A stretch of 51,314 bases of DNA from a virus (lineage: Duplodnaviria > Heunggongvirae > Uroviricota > Caudoviricetes): the IMG/VR virus record IMGVR_UViG_3300042259_000065; one strand, written 5' to 3'. The first letter of the stretch is position 1, and each line of letters begins with the position of its first letter. The notes beneath the pieces are model-generated. The model was not told where the DNA came from, ran no database searches, and saw only the letters and a list, made by a program, of their open reading frames with translations. This document shows, one piece after another, positions 19,149-29,399 of this stretch. The position numbers were made by a program, and so were the translations under genes.

Positions 19149-19580
19149 TTAGGTTAAGCCTTTCAACAAATTATGAATCTTTTCTGCACCGATAGGATTC
19201 TTACTATGCACAAAGTAGCCTTTCATTGGGTGAGGTATCAACCCGAGAGTTAAATAATCTTTAAGACACGTAGCGGCATCGTAACCTGTTCTCTCACCTT
19301 GTTCATCTTTTTCAGAGTATACATCACCAAAGGCTGTTTGTGCAATAAGAGTTCCTTTTGGTTGAATCCAGAAATCTTGCAAGTCATGATCGAAGCTGTA
19401 GTAATCATAAATATCTTTTTCCATTTCGTCAATGAAATCTGATACATTACGTACAACTTTCCAATCAATACCTTCTGGATAAGAGGCAGAACTTCCAAGA
19501 AGACTCCACTTTACATCAGATGGATTACGTTCATCATCAATGAATAAACCTTTGTACATATTATTCTCATTAATCGTCAT
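19149..19580 (-). CDS. Receiver-like domain protein (cyclic-phosphate-processing REC type)
   Basis: LFIDDERNP...WKVVRN...SFDHDL...TGYD...HSKNPIGAEKI motif set. Confidence 0.7.
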   Translation of the reverse strand: MTINENNMYKGLFIDDERNPSDVKWSLLGSSASYPEGIDWKVVRNVSDFIDEMEKDIYDYYSFDHDLQDFWIQPKGTLIAQTAFGDVYSEKDEQGERTGYDAATCLKDYLTLGLIPHPMKGYFVHSKNPIGAEKIHNLLKGLT

Positions 19581-19914
19581 AAGCCGTGCAATTCATAGAA
19601 GTATACATCTTCTCAAAGAATTGTAAAGCATCTTCAACATTTTGTGTAGAATAATCCACATTGAAAACCTCATTTTCACCAAAAGAAAATTGCACTTTAA
19701 ACATAGCTTGCAAATCTTCTTTCAAAGAATCAGGTGCTTGTGGGAAATCTTTGTAATCGTAAAGATGACAATTGATAAAGTATAATTTCTTGTCACAATC
19801 ATGTGACCAAACTTTTAGCTGATAAAATTTATCACAATTTTCATAAAGTTCTTTTGTTCCGTGAATGTTAAAATGTTTGAAGCCATGCTTCAATAGGTTT
19901 AGTTCAATAGTCAT
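19570..19914 (-). CDS. Hypothetical protein
   Basis: ATG 19914 with SD AGGAG; preceded by TTGACA-16-TAAGAT (19970-19943). Confidence 0.65.
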   Translation of the reverse strand: MTIELNLLKHGFKHFNIHGTKELYENCDKFYQLKVWSHDCDKKLYFINCHLYDYKDFPQAPDSLKEDLQAMFKVQFSFGENEVFNVDYSTQNVEDALQFFEKMYTSMNCTAYDD

Positions 19915-20165
19915 AATTATTCTCCTGATCAAATCTGAGTACATCTTAGCATAAGGTAATTTGGTGTCAATGGTTATTTAACTTTTAACAAGGCAACCGT
20001 GATTGGTCAACTACTTCAACATCACTAATACCATAAAATGTAATGTCCTTTTTAGCAGCACGAATACTATTGTAAGATGAAGCTAGGTTCATTTGTTGAA
20101 CAAAATACACTTCATCATCGTAGATATCAACATAAAGGTTGTTATCGTAATCATAAATATAGTAC

Positions 20166-20564
20166 CTAGCAAAAATTATCCTTTAGTAAAGCGCAGAATT
20201 CATCAAAAGATAAAGTTTTGACAAACTCACTATCCTCATCAAATGCGACCTGTTTGTCACATTCGTAAATAACTGCTGCGTTATATACACTAATTTTAAA
20301 AACAGTCAATATTTTTCTAAGAAACATCTTATCGAAACCAAACCATTCAAAGAGTTGTAATGGTGATGTACAACCAAATATCACGAAGTAAGGTATCCCT
20401 GTGGAGAAAGAAGAGTGTTCTGGTTCAGGCATCCAAGGGGCATTTGAACGAAAATATCTACACATAGTTTTAATGTCCTCATCATGAGTGTGAAATTCTG
20501 CCAAATACGGACCTACTTTGCGATCATTACCAATATCTACCTCAACACGATAAACTATGTGCAT
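20166..20564 (-). CDS. Hypothetical protein
   Basis: ATG 20564 with SD GAGGA, downstream of a consensus promoter. Confidence 0.65.
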   Translation of the reverse strand: MHIVYRVEVDIGNDRKVGPYLAEFHTHDEDIKTMCRYFRSNAPWMPEPEHSSFSTGIPYFVIFGCTSPLQLFEWFGFDKMFLRKILTVFKISVYNAAVIYECDKQVAFDEDSEFVKTLSFDEFCALLKDNFC

Positions 20565-20599
20565 AAAAATTAATCCTCTTAAACATAACATTTAAGAGG

Positions 20600-20628
20600 A
20601 TTATATGACTTGAAAGATATGTTGTCAA
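20600..20628 (-). promoter_or_regulatory. Consensus sigma70 promoter
   Basis: TTGACA-17 nt-TATAAT on the minus strand. Confidence 0.8.
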
Positions 20629-20653
20629 CAAGAAGATTAAACTTTTGGTAAAA

Positions 20654-20860
20654 TTATTCTTGCTCAAGGATTTCCCATTTGTCCATGTTGAAGGCTTTGT
20701 ATGGACGAACGAATAGTTTCGATGGAGAATCTACATTCATATATAAGCAGCCTTCTTCCCAAGAATCACCTACTTTGATAAGAAGATTATGATTGAGAAC
20801 AGTGTATGTTGCTCCGCGAGGTAGGTAGCGGAGAAGGGTGGCTTTGGTTAGGTTAGTCAT
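20654..20860 (-). CDS. DUF1653-like protein
   Basis: YTVL...LYM...LFVRPYKAF motif. Confidence 0.55.
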   Translation of the reverse strand: MTNLTKATLLRYLPRGATYTVLNHNLLIKVGDSWEEGCLYMNVDSPSKLFVRPYKAFNMDKWEILEQE

Positions 20861-21680
20861 TGGTGGTTTCCTTTAGATGGAAGGCTTCCATAACTTCTGG
20901 GAAGAAGTTTCTGTTTAACCAAGCTAACTCGCCTTTCTCTCTTTCTGCTACCTCATCATATCTGAGAGCTGCTTCTATGGGACAACTGAAGAAGCCGAGA
21001 TGAGTCTGTTTACTGTTATAATATAGATTTGCCCTATATGAACCTTTGGAATCAGACCAGCACACGCCCTTGTACTTCACCTTTCCCCAATGTTTAGGCC
21101 CAGTATTTATTGATTGCTCACCCAAGGTTATCCACCTAGTATTCTCTAAACAGTAGTTTCCAAAAGTATCTATCCTATCTAAGGTTAAACCCTCATCATA
21201 ACGGGATAGGTTATCCTCCATGAAGTTGTCAAGGTTCAACCACCTATCACAGACTTTGATACCTTTGCCACCATAATAAGAATATCCTTTAAAATCCTTA
21301 TCGTAGCACCTATTTATGATACCTACCCATGATTGGTAAAGTCGGTGACCAGAAAGGCCATGCTTAGTGTTCCCGATACCCTCCTTCTTACCATAACATA
21401 CGCCCTCTACATTAGTTATTTTGAAAACTACCTTGTCGTTATTCGTACACTTCCCACAAGAGGATACATTATTAGCTTTTAAGTTACAATACATCATTGG
21501 TTTGTAATTACCACACTCACAAGAACAAACCCACATACTTTTTGTAGTTCCATTTGGTTGTGTAAAATTATCAGTTCGATAAATGGCGGTGAGTTTACCA
21601 TAAACTTTGCCCGTGATATCTACACTATTCCAAGCCAAAGGCTTTTCTGGAAACCTAATTTTTAAATCCTCTATATTCAC
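20853..21680 (-). CDS. Free-standing HNH-AP2 homing endonuclease
   Basis: CSCECGN; HGLSGHRLYQSW...NRC...YGGKGIKVCDRW...LTLDRID..GNY..EN.RW; C-terminal AP2 (YKGV...HLGFF...AALRYD). Confidence 0.85.
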   Translation of the reverse strand: MNIEDLKIRFPEKPLAWNSVDITGKVYGKLTAIYRTDNFTQPNGTTKSMWVCSCECGNYKPMMYCNLKANNVSSCGKCTNNDKVVFKITNVEGVCYGKKEGIGNTKHGLSGHRLYQSWVGIINRCYDKDFKGYSYYGGKGIKVCDRWLNLDNFMEDNLSRYDEGLTLDRIDTFGNYCLENTRWITLGEQSINTGPKHWGKVKYKGVCWSDSKGSYRANLYYNSKQTHLGFFSCPIEAALRYDEVAEREKGELAWLNRNFFPEVMEAFHLKETTND

Positions 21681-21695
21681 AATATTCCCTCCTAA

Positions 21696-24690
21696 TTAGT
21701 GTGCACCACTCCAGCCCTCTTCAGGTGTTGCCATTAGATACTCACCTGTAATCGGGACTTTAAACTCTAACATCTTATAAGCATCTTCAATACACTTAAC
21801 CATTAACTCACCTGCCCGACAATAAGCCCTTGCAATATTGCCATTGTCTAGAACTTTTGTATTGCCAGAGAGGACAAACTTACCACCATTCAACTCCTTT
21901 GCAGATTTAGAAGCAGAGCAGACCTGATGCAAGTTTTCTAGAGTAATACCGTATTGAAGACAGATATCCTCTTCCGATTGATATTCTTTTTCCTTAGCTT
22001 TAGCTTTCTCAGCATCATCAACACTTTTCAGAATATTCTCTATGAGAGATTTATCATTCAACCCAGTTGGAAACTCTTTAAGACGGACTAGATTATCAGG
22101 TACTTGTAACTGGTACTCATCCTTTTAATTTTAGAGACGTTACTCTCTTTCCACAATTTCTTGCGTAATTGGATCATATCACAATCTGTAAAACAGATTC
22201 CCCGCTTTTCGAAATCCACTTGGATTCCTACGAACAACTATGTTCTGATCTCTGCACACCTTGCGATGCTCAGGATTGCCTTTGCCATTACGCAGTAAGG
22301 TTTCCCTGAATTAACGGAGTTTTTCGACACACCTCACGATGTGAAGCCACAATGAGTTTATGGTAGTAAATTATACGAGCTACACCTTTATCTAACAGTC
22401 CTTCCTCTAAAGCCCTCTCATGCCATAGAATGCCTGCTAAGTCCATACCGATTGCACCCATAGATTGTAGATAAGCATTAAGGAGACTATGCTTGGAACG
22501 AGTCCAAATCTTACGCTTATCTATACCTAAAATATAGCGTTTCCCTGTTGACTCCCAGAACTTCTCTAACCATTCTTTACACCCTTTAAGACCAAAGTTA
22601 GTATCCCAGAATGCATTAATTACATCTTGAGCAGCGTCCTTACTGATGCCCAACATAGCCGATACCTTAGCTGCTTGAGCGCCATACAGCACTCCATAGG
22701 TAATTCCTTTACCTTCAGAACGTGATACTGTTCTTCCTGCAGCCTTAGAATATGCTTTGGCATTCTCAGTATGGGGGTCCCCACTCAATCCACGATAATA
22801 AGCACCACCATCAAATGGGTAAGCAGCATTAGCAGCACAGAAGCCCTCTAGGTTACTTCCATCTATACCTACTTGCCAAAATCCCTCTGGAACAGTGAAC
22901 AATTCCCTCATTTCATGCCCTAAAAGAGCATCTGATCCGGGGATATTGGCTATGACGGAGTGTTTTCGTCTGTTTGTGTTGGTAAGTCCAGAATATCGTG
23001 CTGGAAGTTTACCATCTTTCTTGAGTCGAGGATGATTTAGCCAACCAGTTTCTTTAGTTTCATCTATAGCTTTAATAACTGAGCGTCTATTACGAAGAGA
23101 CAACCATTTAACAATCTTAGATGCCATTTCACCATCAATCTTTTCAAGATTGGGACAAAGTTCCCCTCTATCATCCTTAAGTTTAGGACTTGTTACCAAG
23201 AAACGAGACTTCTTGACAACCTTCTTGAAGTCTGGATGGTTTCTATTGGTAATCTTTTCTAGTTTAACTCCCATCTCTTGATTGATATAGGGCAGGTAAA
23301 TAGAGTCCCTTTTCTCCAATATATACTCCCAACAGGATTCCTCCACCTCAAAGTCAGGTCTATTTTGTTTATTATCGTCCCTAGAGACATCCTTGGTACG
23401 GAACAACGTAGGAACCCAATTACCATCAGTTACAAGCCATTGCTTGATATCGTCTTGATTTGATAGTCTCATTGGTTCGAACAAAAACTCCTCTGGGATG
23501 TATTTTTCTTCAAGAAGCTTTCTTGCTTTAACCTCATCCTCTGCCGATAGAATACTTGTAGATTCCTCCTTTTGACGTTGTGATCTAATGAAGTCTCCCA
23601 TTTGATCTTCATCTTCAACACCATGATTGACACAATATCTCTTTCCTGCAACAGATAATTCACCCGTTTTCTTAAATGCAGTTTTTGGAGGAGCTACAAA
23701 CTTCTGTGCATCACGATCAACTTCAATATTGTAATACTTCTCAATAAAGTTTAGCCCGTGGTGTGAGATATTACCATCTTTATCAAAAGGATTAGCTGGA
23801 AAATTAGGTTCTCTTGATTTTGGGACTCGTTTTGGGGGAAGTTTAGGTTCTACATCTTCCTCAATCTCCCGCATCATTTTATCGACTTTCTCAACTAATT
23901 CCCAAGCTTTATCCTCTCGGAACACTACACCCTGCTCTTCTTGAACCTGCATTAAGTGGTCAGAGAGGAGATTACGCTTCAAAGGCAATCTCCAATCAAC
24001 ACCTTTATCCTTTCCATCCTGCATTTCTTTAATTAAGAATTTCCATTGAAGTTCGTTGATTATTACGTCTTCCCATACACGATCAACATACTTCCATAAC
24101 GGGAGTCCTTTCCAATCTTCAATGGCAACCTTCTTGTTTGCAACCTTGACACCCCATGCCTCCAATGAGTGTGGTCCAATACTTTTTGCTTTTCCTCCTT
24201 GAGGGTTTTTAACTTTAGCAGGACATCCTCTTGGAAGAGGTCGGTCAGGATAAAGGCCACGAGACATACTAAGTGTATCATAGACTCTGATTTCCTTCCC
24301 ATTGATTTTCTCTACGGGAATTTTCTCGTATTTAGTCCCCAGCAGGTAATTGAATGCCAACATATCAAAACCTTCCAAGTTTTGACAGGCAATAGCAATT
24401 GGGTCTTTTACAATCCAATCATTAAACTCACTAAAATCATAGAGGTTTAAATTAACTCCTTTACCTTCTGCAAACTTCTTAGCTTCCTCAAACTCTGGAT
24501 GCTTAAAGTCAAGAAAGAGGTTCCAATTATTCTTTCCATACTCCTTAAACAATAAGGTGTGGAACTTAGAGATGTGGTCTTCATCTGCAATAGATTTTCC
24601 ACATAGACCATCACCTTCAGTGTCGAATATAAATAAGCCTTTCAATATACTTTCCTCTTTAAAATGGTTCATCTCCGTCTTGGTCAACAA
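21696..24690 (-). CDS. Family A (T7-like) DNA polymerase with 3'-5' exonuclease, spliced: complement(join(21696..22121, 22360..24690)); likely start TTG 24645, ~900 aa
   Basis: ExoI FDTEGD; motif A IDGSNLE; motif B RSEGKGITYGVLYG; motif C YYH|DEYQ restored by splicing. Confidence 0.92.
22122..22359 (-). ncRNA. Group I intron in DNA polymerase motif C (238 nt, no ORF)
   Basis: P1 CCAT/GTGG; 7-bp P10 ACTCATT/GATGAGT; P aattcaggga, Q gcaatcctgagc; P7 GATCA/TGATC; terminal G at 22122. Confidence 0.9.
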
Positions 24691-26566
24691 TATTGTCCAT
24701 AACTAAACCTGTCTGTTCAACAAACTCTGGGTCTTGATAGGTGGTCTCATCTACGCTCAAACTTTTTACTGGCTCAGTTATAATTTCCATGGGGGCTTCT
24801 GAGAAGCAATGAACAACCTCACCATTTAGTTTATAACACTCGCCCTCAATCTCCCATTTTGAGGCATCAACAAACTTACCTGTATCTTCTTCCATCCATA
24901 GTACATCAGTGTTCCCAAGTTTTTTACCACGCCTGTTCTTAAGACTAACCAACCTCACTCGACCACGGCTTCTATTAGGAAGTTCCTCTGGTTCTACTGC
25001 TATCACAGACCAAGATAATTGTTCCAGAGATGCTGAACCACGAAGATTCTCCTTTCTAACTGGGTAGAAGAAAGGAAGCTGCTCACCCGTATCCTTATCC
25101 GTAGGCGGTTTAAAGTTTATGCGACTCATATGACTAACCATTAAGATAGTTACATTGTGTTGCTTACAAAATGCAGCTAGGTGAGTCATGACTATATCAA
25201 GTTCTTTCCGTTCATCTCCTGTACGAAGACCAGATATTACCATACTGATATGGTCTAGGACAAACCACCGACAACCAAAAGCCATCAGTTGTTTGAACTT
25301 ATTAAGGAGTTCATCAATAGGTATAGATCCAAAGTGGTCGAGAACTCGGACAATATCCTCTTTTTGCCATTGAGTATGAATCTTGTTGTGATCATCTTCA
25401 CTGATAAATGATTCTGGATCGTTAGCAAAGTTCTTAGGGTTGTACCCTAGCTCCATCCCATACCAAGAGTTTATAGCTTCCTCTTTATCTTCTTCAAGTC
25501 TGATAACCCCTAGTTTTTCACCATCTACATAATCATCAAGTCTAGCTTTTCCACCGACAAAATTTACAGTTTCAGGATCATAATAACCCTCTGGTAAGCC
25601 ATGGCGTAGATAGTCAATGATATCCTTTTCCATGTAACGGGTAACTGTGCTTTTGCCTGAGCCAGATGGTCCCAAAACAGTGATTAATTCTGAAGAAGTT
25701 AATCCAAACAGAGTTTTAGTCAACTTAGGGAAGTATTTTAAAGGTAATCCTACTTTTTTCTTCTTCCTTAGATCCTTAACACTCACCTCTTGAAGAGAGA
25801 CAACTTTTTCAGGAGAATATTTTATTTTATTAAAAGATACCGCTTTTGCAAACTCTTTTGGAAAGGTCGATACCCATTGCCGAACATCCTTAATATCTTC
25901 TGGAAAATTAACAACGTAAAACTCTTGGGAGAGGAGGTAAGCTGCAATATCTTCTGTACCTTCCTTACCTTTCTTGATGCCCTTAGCTTTTTCAACCTCT
26001 GTTGCCGAGTCATTGTCTAACACACAGCATATGTCTTTAAAAGATCTGACAAATTTCTCATTGTGGGCGATACTCTGTTGTGAATTGCCGACACCGCAGT
26101 TCATCCCTACAACGTTGGGTTCAATCTTACCTTCCCATTTGCTTCCCTTAAGACTATTCAAGAGATCCCGTCTAGCAGCAATAACATCTCCCTCTCCCTC
26201 TGAAATCACCAGTGTAGATTTCTTATCGGTTTTACAGACATGTTGCCCGAACAATTGACTGCTTACTTTAACTACCCCAACAACGGTAAAATGACCATGC
26301 TCTTCTTTGTCTTTTGTCCAATCCCTCCGCTTATAACCTGTAAGCTTCCCCTCTTGATTATAATAGGGAAAGTATGTTGCTACAAGTGTCTCACCATCTT
26401 CTTGACTGAACTCCGACCTAACCCCATAAAACTCGGCATCTTCTTTTATAATATCCTGCTGAGGAACAGCTACACAAGGGAAAGTTTTTACCTCTTCCAC
26501 TGTCAATGGTTCTTCATTACGATAATACTTTTGGAAGGTTCTACCTTTCTTTGCACTCACGCTCAA
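24659..26566 (-). CDS. Primase-helicase (T7 gp4-like TOPRIM + SF4 helicase)
   Basis: VISEGEGD, LDND, Walker A GPSGSGKST, LDHISM, LRGSASLEQLS, KNRRG. Confidence 0.93.
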   Translation of the reverse strand: MSVSAKKGRTFQKYYRNEEPLTVEEVKTFPCVAVPQQDIIKEDAEFYGVRSEFSQEDGETLVATYFPYYNQEGKLTGYKRRDWTKDKEEHGHFTVVGVVKVSSQLFGQHVCKTDKKSTLVISEGEGDVIAARRDLLNSLKGSKWEGKIEPNVVGMNCGVGNSQQSIAHNEKFVRSFKDICCVLDNDSATEVEKAKGIKKGKEGTEDIAAYLLSQEFYVVNFPEDIKDVRQWVSTFPKEFAKAVSFNKIKYSPEKVVSLQEVSVKDLRKKKKVGLPLKYFPKLTKTLFGLTSSELITVLGPSGSGKSTVTRYMEKDIIDYLRHGLPEGYYDPETVNFVGGKARLDDYVDGEKLGVIRLEEDKEEAINSWYGMELGYNPKNFANDPESFISEDDHNKIHTQWQKEDIVRVLDHFGSIPIDELLNKFKQLMAFGCRWFVLDHISMVISGLRTGDERKELDIVMTHLAAFCKQHNVTILMVSHMSRINFKPPTDKDTGEQLPFFYPVRKENLRGSASLEQLSWSVIAVEPEELPNRSRGRVRLVSLKNRRGKKLGNTDVLWMEEDTGKFVDASKWEIEGECYKLNGEVVHCFSEAPMEIITEPVKSLSVDETTYQDPEFVEQTGLVMDNIVDQDGDEPF

Positions 26567-27048
26567 CTAATACCTCCACATTCAATAACCTGCTTACTCT
26601 TGGCAGAAGCTTCACAAGCAAGCCTATCAGCTCTCTCATTAAATTCTACACCAGTATGCGCTTTTACTTTAACCCAAGTTACATGATGTTTTTGGGTTTC
26701 ATTATAGAGGTCAATAACTAATTGCTTATTCTTAACCTCGCCTTTATTCTGTGTGACAAATCCTCTCCGTTCCCATCCACTGTAATATTTTGTTATGCAA
26801 TCTATCGTGTATTGAGAGTCACTGTAGATGGTAACAAAACACCTCTCCTTTAGTAACCTCAGCCCAACCAACGGTGCTGTTAGTTCCGCAATGTTGTTAG
26901 TTCCAATTCCAATAGGAGTCGAAACCTCTTTCACATAGTTTCCATAAATTAAAACAGTACCGGCACCACAATAATATTGATTATTAGGTGCTTTTATTGC
27001 ACTACCATCACACCAAATCTCTACATTCTTAATAACAACCTCCTTCAA
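26563..27048 (-). CDS. rnhA: Ribonuclease HI
   Basis: CDGS...TNNIAEL...YSDSQY...VKAHTGVEFNERADRLA. Confidence 0.95.
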   Translation of the reverse strand: MKEVVIKNVEIWCDGSAIKAPNNQYYCGAGTVLIYGNYVKEVSTPIGIGTNNIAELTAPLVGLRLLKERCFVTIYSDSQYTIDCITKYYSGWERRGFVTQNKGEVKNKQLVIDLYNETQKHHVTWVKVKAHTGVEFNERADRLACEASAKSKQVIECGGIS

Positions 27049-27074
27049 ACTTCGTTTGCAACATTAACCCTTCC

Positions 27075-27401
27075 TCAACCTAGCATCATTGCAGCATTAT
27101 GAATCTTTTGCAGATACTCCTCTGCAGCACGTTCCAAGAGCAAAGTTTCAATTTCTGTGCAGCATACTTTAGCATCTTCGTCTTTAATCAAATCTTCTGG
27201 TCTGATATCAAGCTTATCTTTTGCTAAATCTTTTTGCTGCACACAAACTCTAATTTTTCCATTGCAAAATGATTGCTCAACAGAACTCCATTCGTGCTGC
27301 AAAAGGTCTTCAATCTGACACTTGTACACTTTTAGGTATTTACTATCACAAGTAAGACCAATCATCTTCGCAAGTTCAACTTTTGTCATAGTACACCTCA
27401 C
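27075..27401 (-). CDS. Hypothetical protein
   Basis: ORF packed in operon. Confidence 0.6.
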   Translation of the reverse strand: MRCTMTKVELAKMIGLTCDSKYLKVYKCQIEDLLQHEWSSVEQSFCNGKIRVCVQQKDLAKDKLDIRPEDLIKDEDAKVCCTEIETLLLERAAEEYLQKIHNAAMMLG

Positions 27402-27670
27402 ATTACAACGATATCTTCGTCTACATAGTCAGCTCGCCAAACCATAATTTCTCCACTTTCAATACCATCCAAGAGTTTTACTTTTATTAAATTATCACTA
27501 ACTTCAAGGATGACATACATTTCATCACTATTAGTGGTCATTCTGACTTGACCAACTTCACTTTTACGATTGTTTTTCATACCACACCTCTTTAATAATT
27601 TTATCCACTTGAGGAGTAGTGCCTTTTGCACAACGAACCAGAGGTGTTGGAAACAATTTATCTGGCTCAA
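27398..27670 (-). CDS. Hypothetical protein (real start probably internal, MKNNRK...)
   Basis: ORF packed in operon. Confidence 0.5.
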   Translation of the reverse strand: MSQINCFQHLWFVVQKALLLKWIKLLKRCGMKNNRKSEVGQVRMTTNSDEMYVILEVSDNLIKVKLLDGIESGEIMVWRADYVDEDIVVM

Positions 27671-27803
27671 TAAGGTCTACATAACCTTCATACATTGTTG
27701 TAACCGCTTCAAATTCAAAACATGGATACTTTTTGAGAAAAGCTTTCAATTTTTCCACATCGTAACCTGATAAACATTCTTTATCCATCGTTATTCTCCT
27801 CAC
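27564..27803 (-). CDS. Hypothetical protein
   Basis: ORF packed in operon. Confidence 0.55.
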   Translation of the reverse strand: MRRITMDKECLSGYDVEKLKAFLKKYPCFEFEAVTTMYEGYVDLIEPDKLFPTPLVRCAKGTTPQVDKIIKEVWYEKQS

Positions 27804-28153
27804 ATCAAATTATTTTCATCGTAGAACCATTTCTCATCAGCAATATGTTTCATTGTCAAGCCAAACAAATCTTGCACCAATTTATGTTCTTCCTCAAGGA
27901 ACATTTGTTTACGAAGCACATCGTCCTCAATCACAATAGTATCTGTGAAATCATTTCCCATTGTATCACAAATATAAATTTCTTCAACACTGAAATCTTC
28001 GTAAAAGTCATCACGAGTTTGAGGATTTTTAACCTTTGGTGCAAAAAGTACAGTTGCTTCAACAAGATACTTTACTCCACTTACTTCGTGTTCAAAAGGT
28101 GAGATTTCTGTCAAATGGTAACCGTCTTTAAAATTATAGTTTTGTGTCATCAA
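27800..28153 (-). CDS. Hypothetical acidic protein
   Basis: ORF packed in operon. Confidence 0.6.
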   Translation of the reverse strand: MMTQNYNFKDGYHLTEISPFEHEVSGVKYLVEATVLFAPKVKNPQTRDDFYEDFSVEEIYICDTMGNDFTDTIVIEDDVLRKQMFLEEEHKLVQDLFGLTMKHIADEKWFYDENNLM

Positions 28154-28155
28154 AT

Positions 28156-28347
28156 TTAATCTCCAATAAACAAATTAAAAATTACATCATCTTGTGCAAC
28201 TGCTCCATCTTCTTCAATATCCTTACCTTTCCAATGAGGACTTGTTGTTGATGGAATCAAATCTTTGTACTTCTCTGAGGTGTAGTCTACACTATCTTTG
28301 CTACATTTGCAACTATCAAAGTTTGGACAAACCTTTCCTTTACACAT
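28156..28347 (-). CDS. Hypothetical protein with N-terminal Cys cluster
   Basis: CKGKVCPNFDSCKC; SD AAGGAG. Confidence 0.55.
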   Translation of the reverse strand: MCKGKVCPNFDSCKCSKDSVDYTSEKYKDLIPSTTSPHWKGKDIEEDGAVAQDDVIFNLFIGD

Positions 28348-28348
28348 A

Positions 28349-28831
28349 TTATTCTCCTTTCAATTTAACTTGTTCATCTTTCATTGCATCAAAATAAATC
28401 TTCTTACAAGCTTGTACATCCACTTCAAAGTTATACTTTTCTGCGATACTCAAGACTTCTACAAGCACTGTACCAAACAAATCTGATTTTTGCAACAAGG
28501 AATAATAATCTTTTATAAGAGGTTCACTTTTCACAATATCAATGACTGTTTTGCGATGTGCTTCATATCTTGCTTGTAAGCGCCCACACGAGTTGAAAGT
28601 ATCTTCTAATGCAGTTGTATTGCACATAAGCATAAGACTTGCCCTGATGTCATGTAGAAGGTTTCTGATGCATTGATGTACACTAGAATCAATCCTATAA
28701 TATTTATCTACCAATTTCACACAACGTGGTTCAGCTTTCTTGACAGCAGGAGTCCTTGTTGATTCTTCTGTGAACAAATGTGATGGTGGATAGCTCGTCA
28801 AGATTTCACATTGGGTGTAAATGTGATTCAT
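28349..28831 (-). CDS. Hypothetical protein
   Basis: SD AAGGAG; first gene after the leftward promoter. Confidence 0.65.
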   Translation of the reverse strand: MNHIYTQCEILTSYPPSHLFTEESTRTPAVKKAEPRCVKLVDKYYRIDSSVHQCIRNLLHDIRASLMLMCNTTALEDTFNSCGRLQARYEAHRKTVIDIVKSEPLIKDYYSLLQKSDLFGTVLVEVLSIAEKYNFEVDVQACKKIYFDAMKDEQVKLKGE

Positions 28832-28867
28832 TTTGTTTCTCCTTTGTTGCTATGTGAATATACCCTA

Positions 28868-28978
28868 ACTCTACCACACTACATTCTCTTGTCAACCAAA
28901 AATCTTATCCCTGACAAAGAAATTATTTTCAAAAAAGTTGAAATCTTTTGTTGACAACCATCTTCTGTTTGGTAAGAT
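28868..28978. promoter_or_regulatory. Back-to-back divergent sigma70 promoters
   Basis: Minus: TTGACA (28895)-16-TAGAGT. Plus: TTGACA (28951)-16-TAAGAT. A/T tracts between them; coincides with the strand switch. Confidence 0.75.
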
Positions 28979-29015
28979 TAACCTTGTTAAACGAACATTG
29001 ATTGGAGAAAAGGTT

Positions 29016-29225
29016 ATGATTACTTTATACGGATACTCATTGGAACTTTACCAAGTTATTTTAAGTATTTATGTTACTGGTTATGGTATTGTACTTGGAC
29101 TGGGAAATACTTTTGCTAGATTTATGAGTTTGTTTACCGGAAGGTATACTCAATCAGATTTAGGGAAAGTTTTAGATTCTCTGTGGTATGGCTGTATTTT
29201 CGTATTAATTGGTACACTTCTATGA
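29016..29225 (+). CDS. Small membrane protein
   Basis: ATG 29016 with SD; two hydrophobic segments. Confidence 0.55.
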   Translation: MITLYGYSLELYQVILSIYVTGYGIVLGLGNTFARFMSLFTGRYTQSDLGKVLDSLWYGCIFVLIGTLL

Positions 29226-29389
29226 AACCCACCAAACCTTTACCACATCCGCAGTCTGAATTAAAGTGGATTGATGACAATGTACATCGTTATGAATCTT
29301 TGCAACACGCAGAGGCTGTTAAAAGAAACATCTTGACACGTTGTAGATTACAAACTATGCTGCAGAAGCTAAATCAAGTTTTGAATTAA
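29222..29389 (+). CDS. Hypothetical protein
   Basis: ATG overlaps the upstream stop. Confidence 0.5.
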   Translation: MKPTKPLPHPQSELKWIDDNVHRYESLQHAEAVKRNILTRCRLQTMLQKLNQVLN

Positions 29390-29399
29390 GGAGATTATT

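Noticed and set aside
19985-20175. Open minus-strand frame (ARYYIYDYDNNLYVDIY...) after an AAGGA SD
   Set aside because: It looks protein-like but has no in-frame ATG/GTG/TTG. It may be a gene with a mutated start; not supportable as a CDS.
21696-24690. Intein in the long exonuclease-polymerase linker
   Set aside because: No C/S...HN-C/S/T splice junction or LAGLIDADG blocks recognised; the insertions look like lineage-specific thumb/linker expansions.
595-26721. Numerous antisense or shadow ORFs (e.g. 595-810, 3799-4005, 9088-9390, 14599-15057, 15626-15910, 16616-16903, 17333-17725, 26240-26686)
   Set aside because: They lie opposite or inside well-supported genes, lack SDs and have no recognisable motifs.
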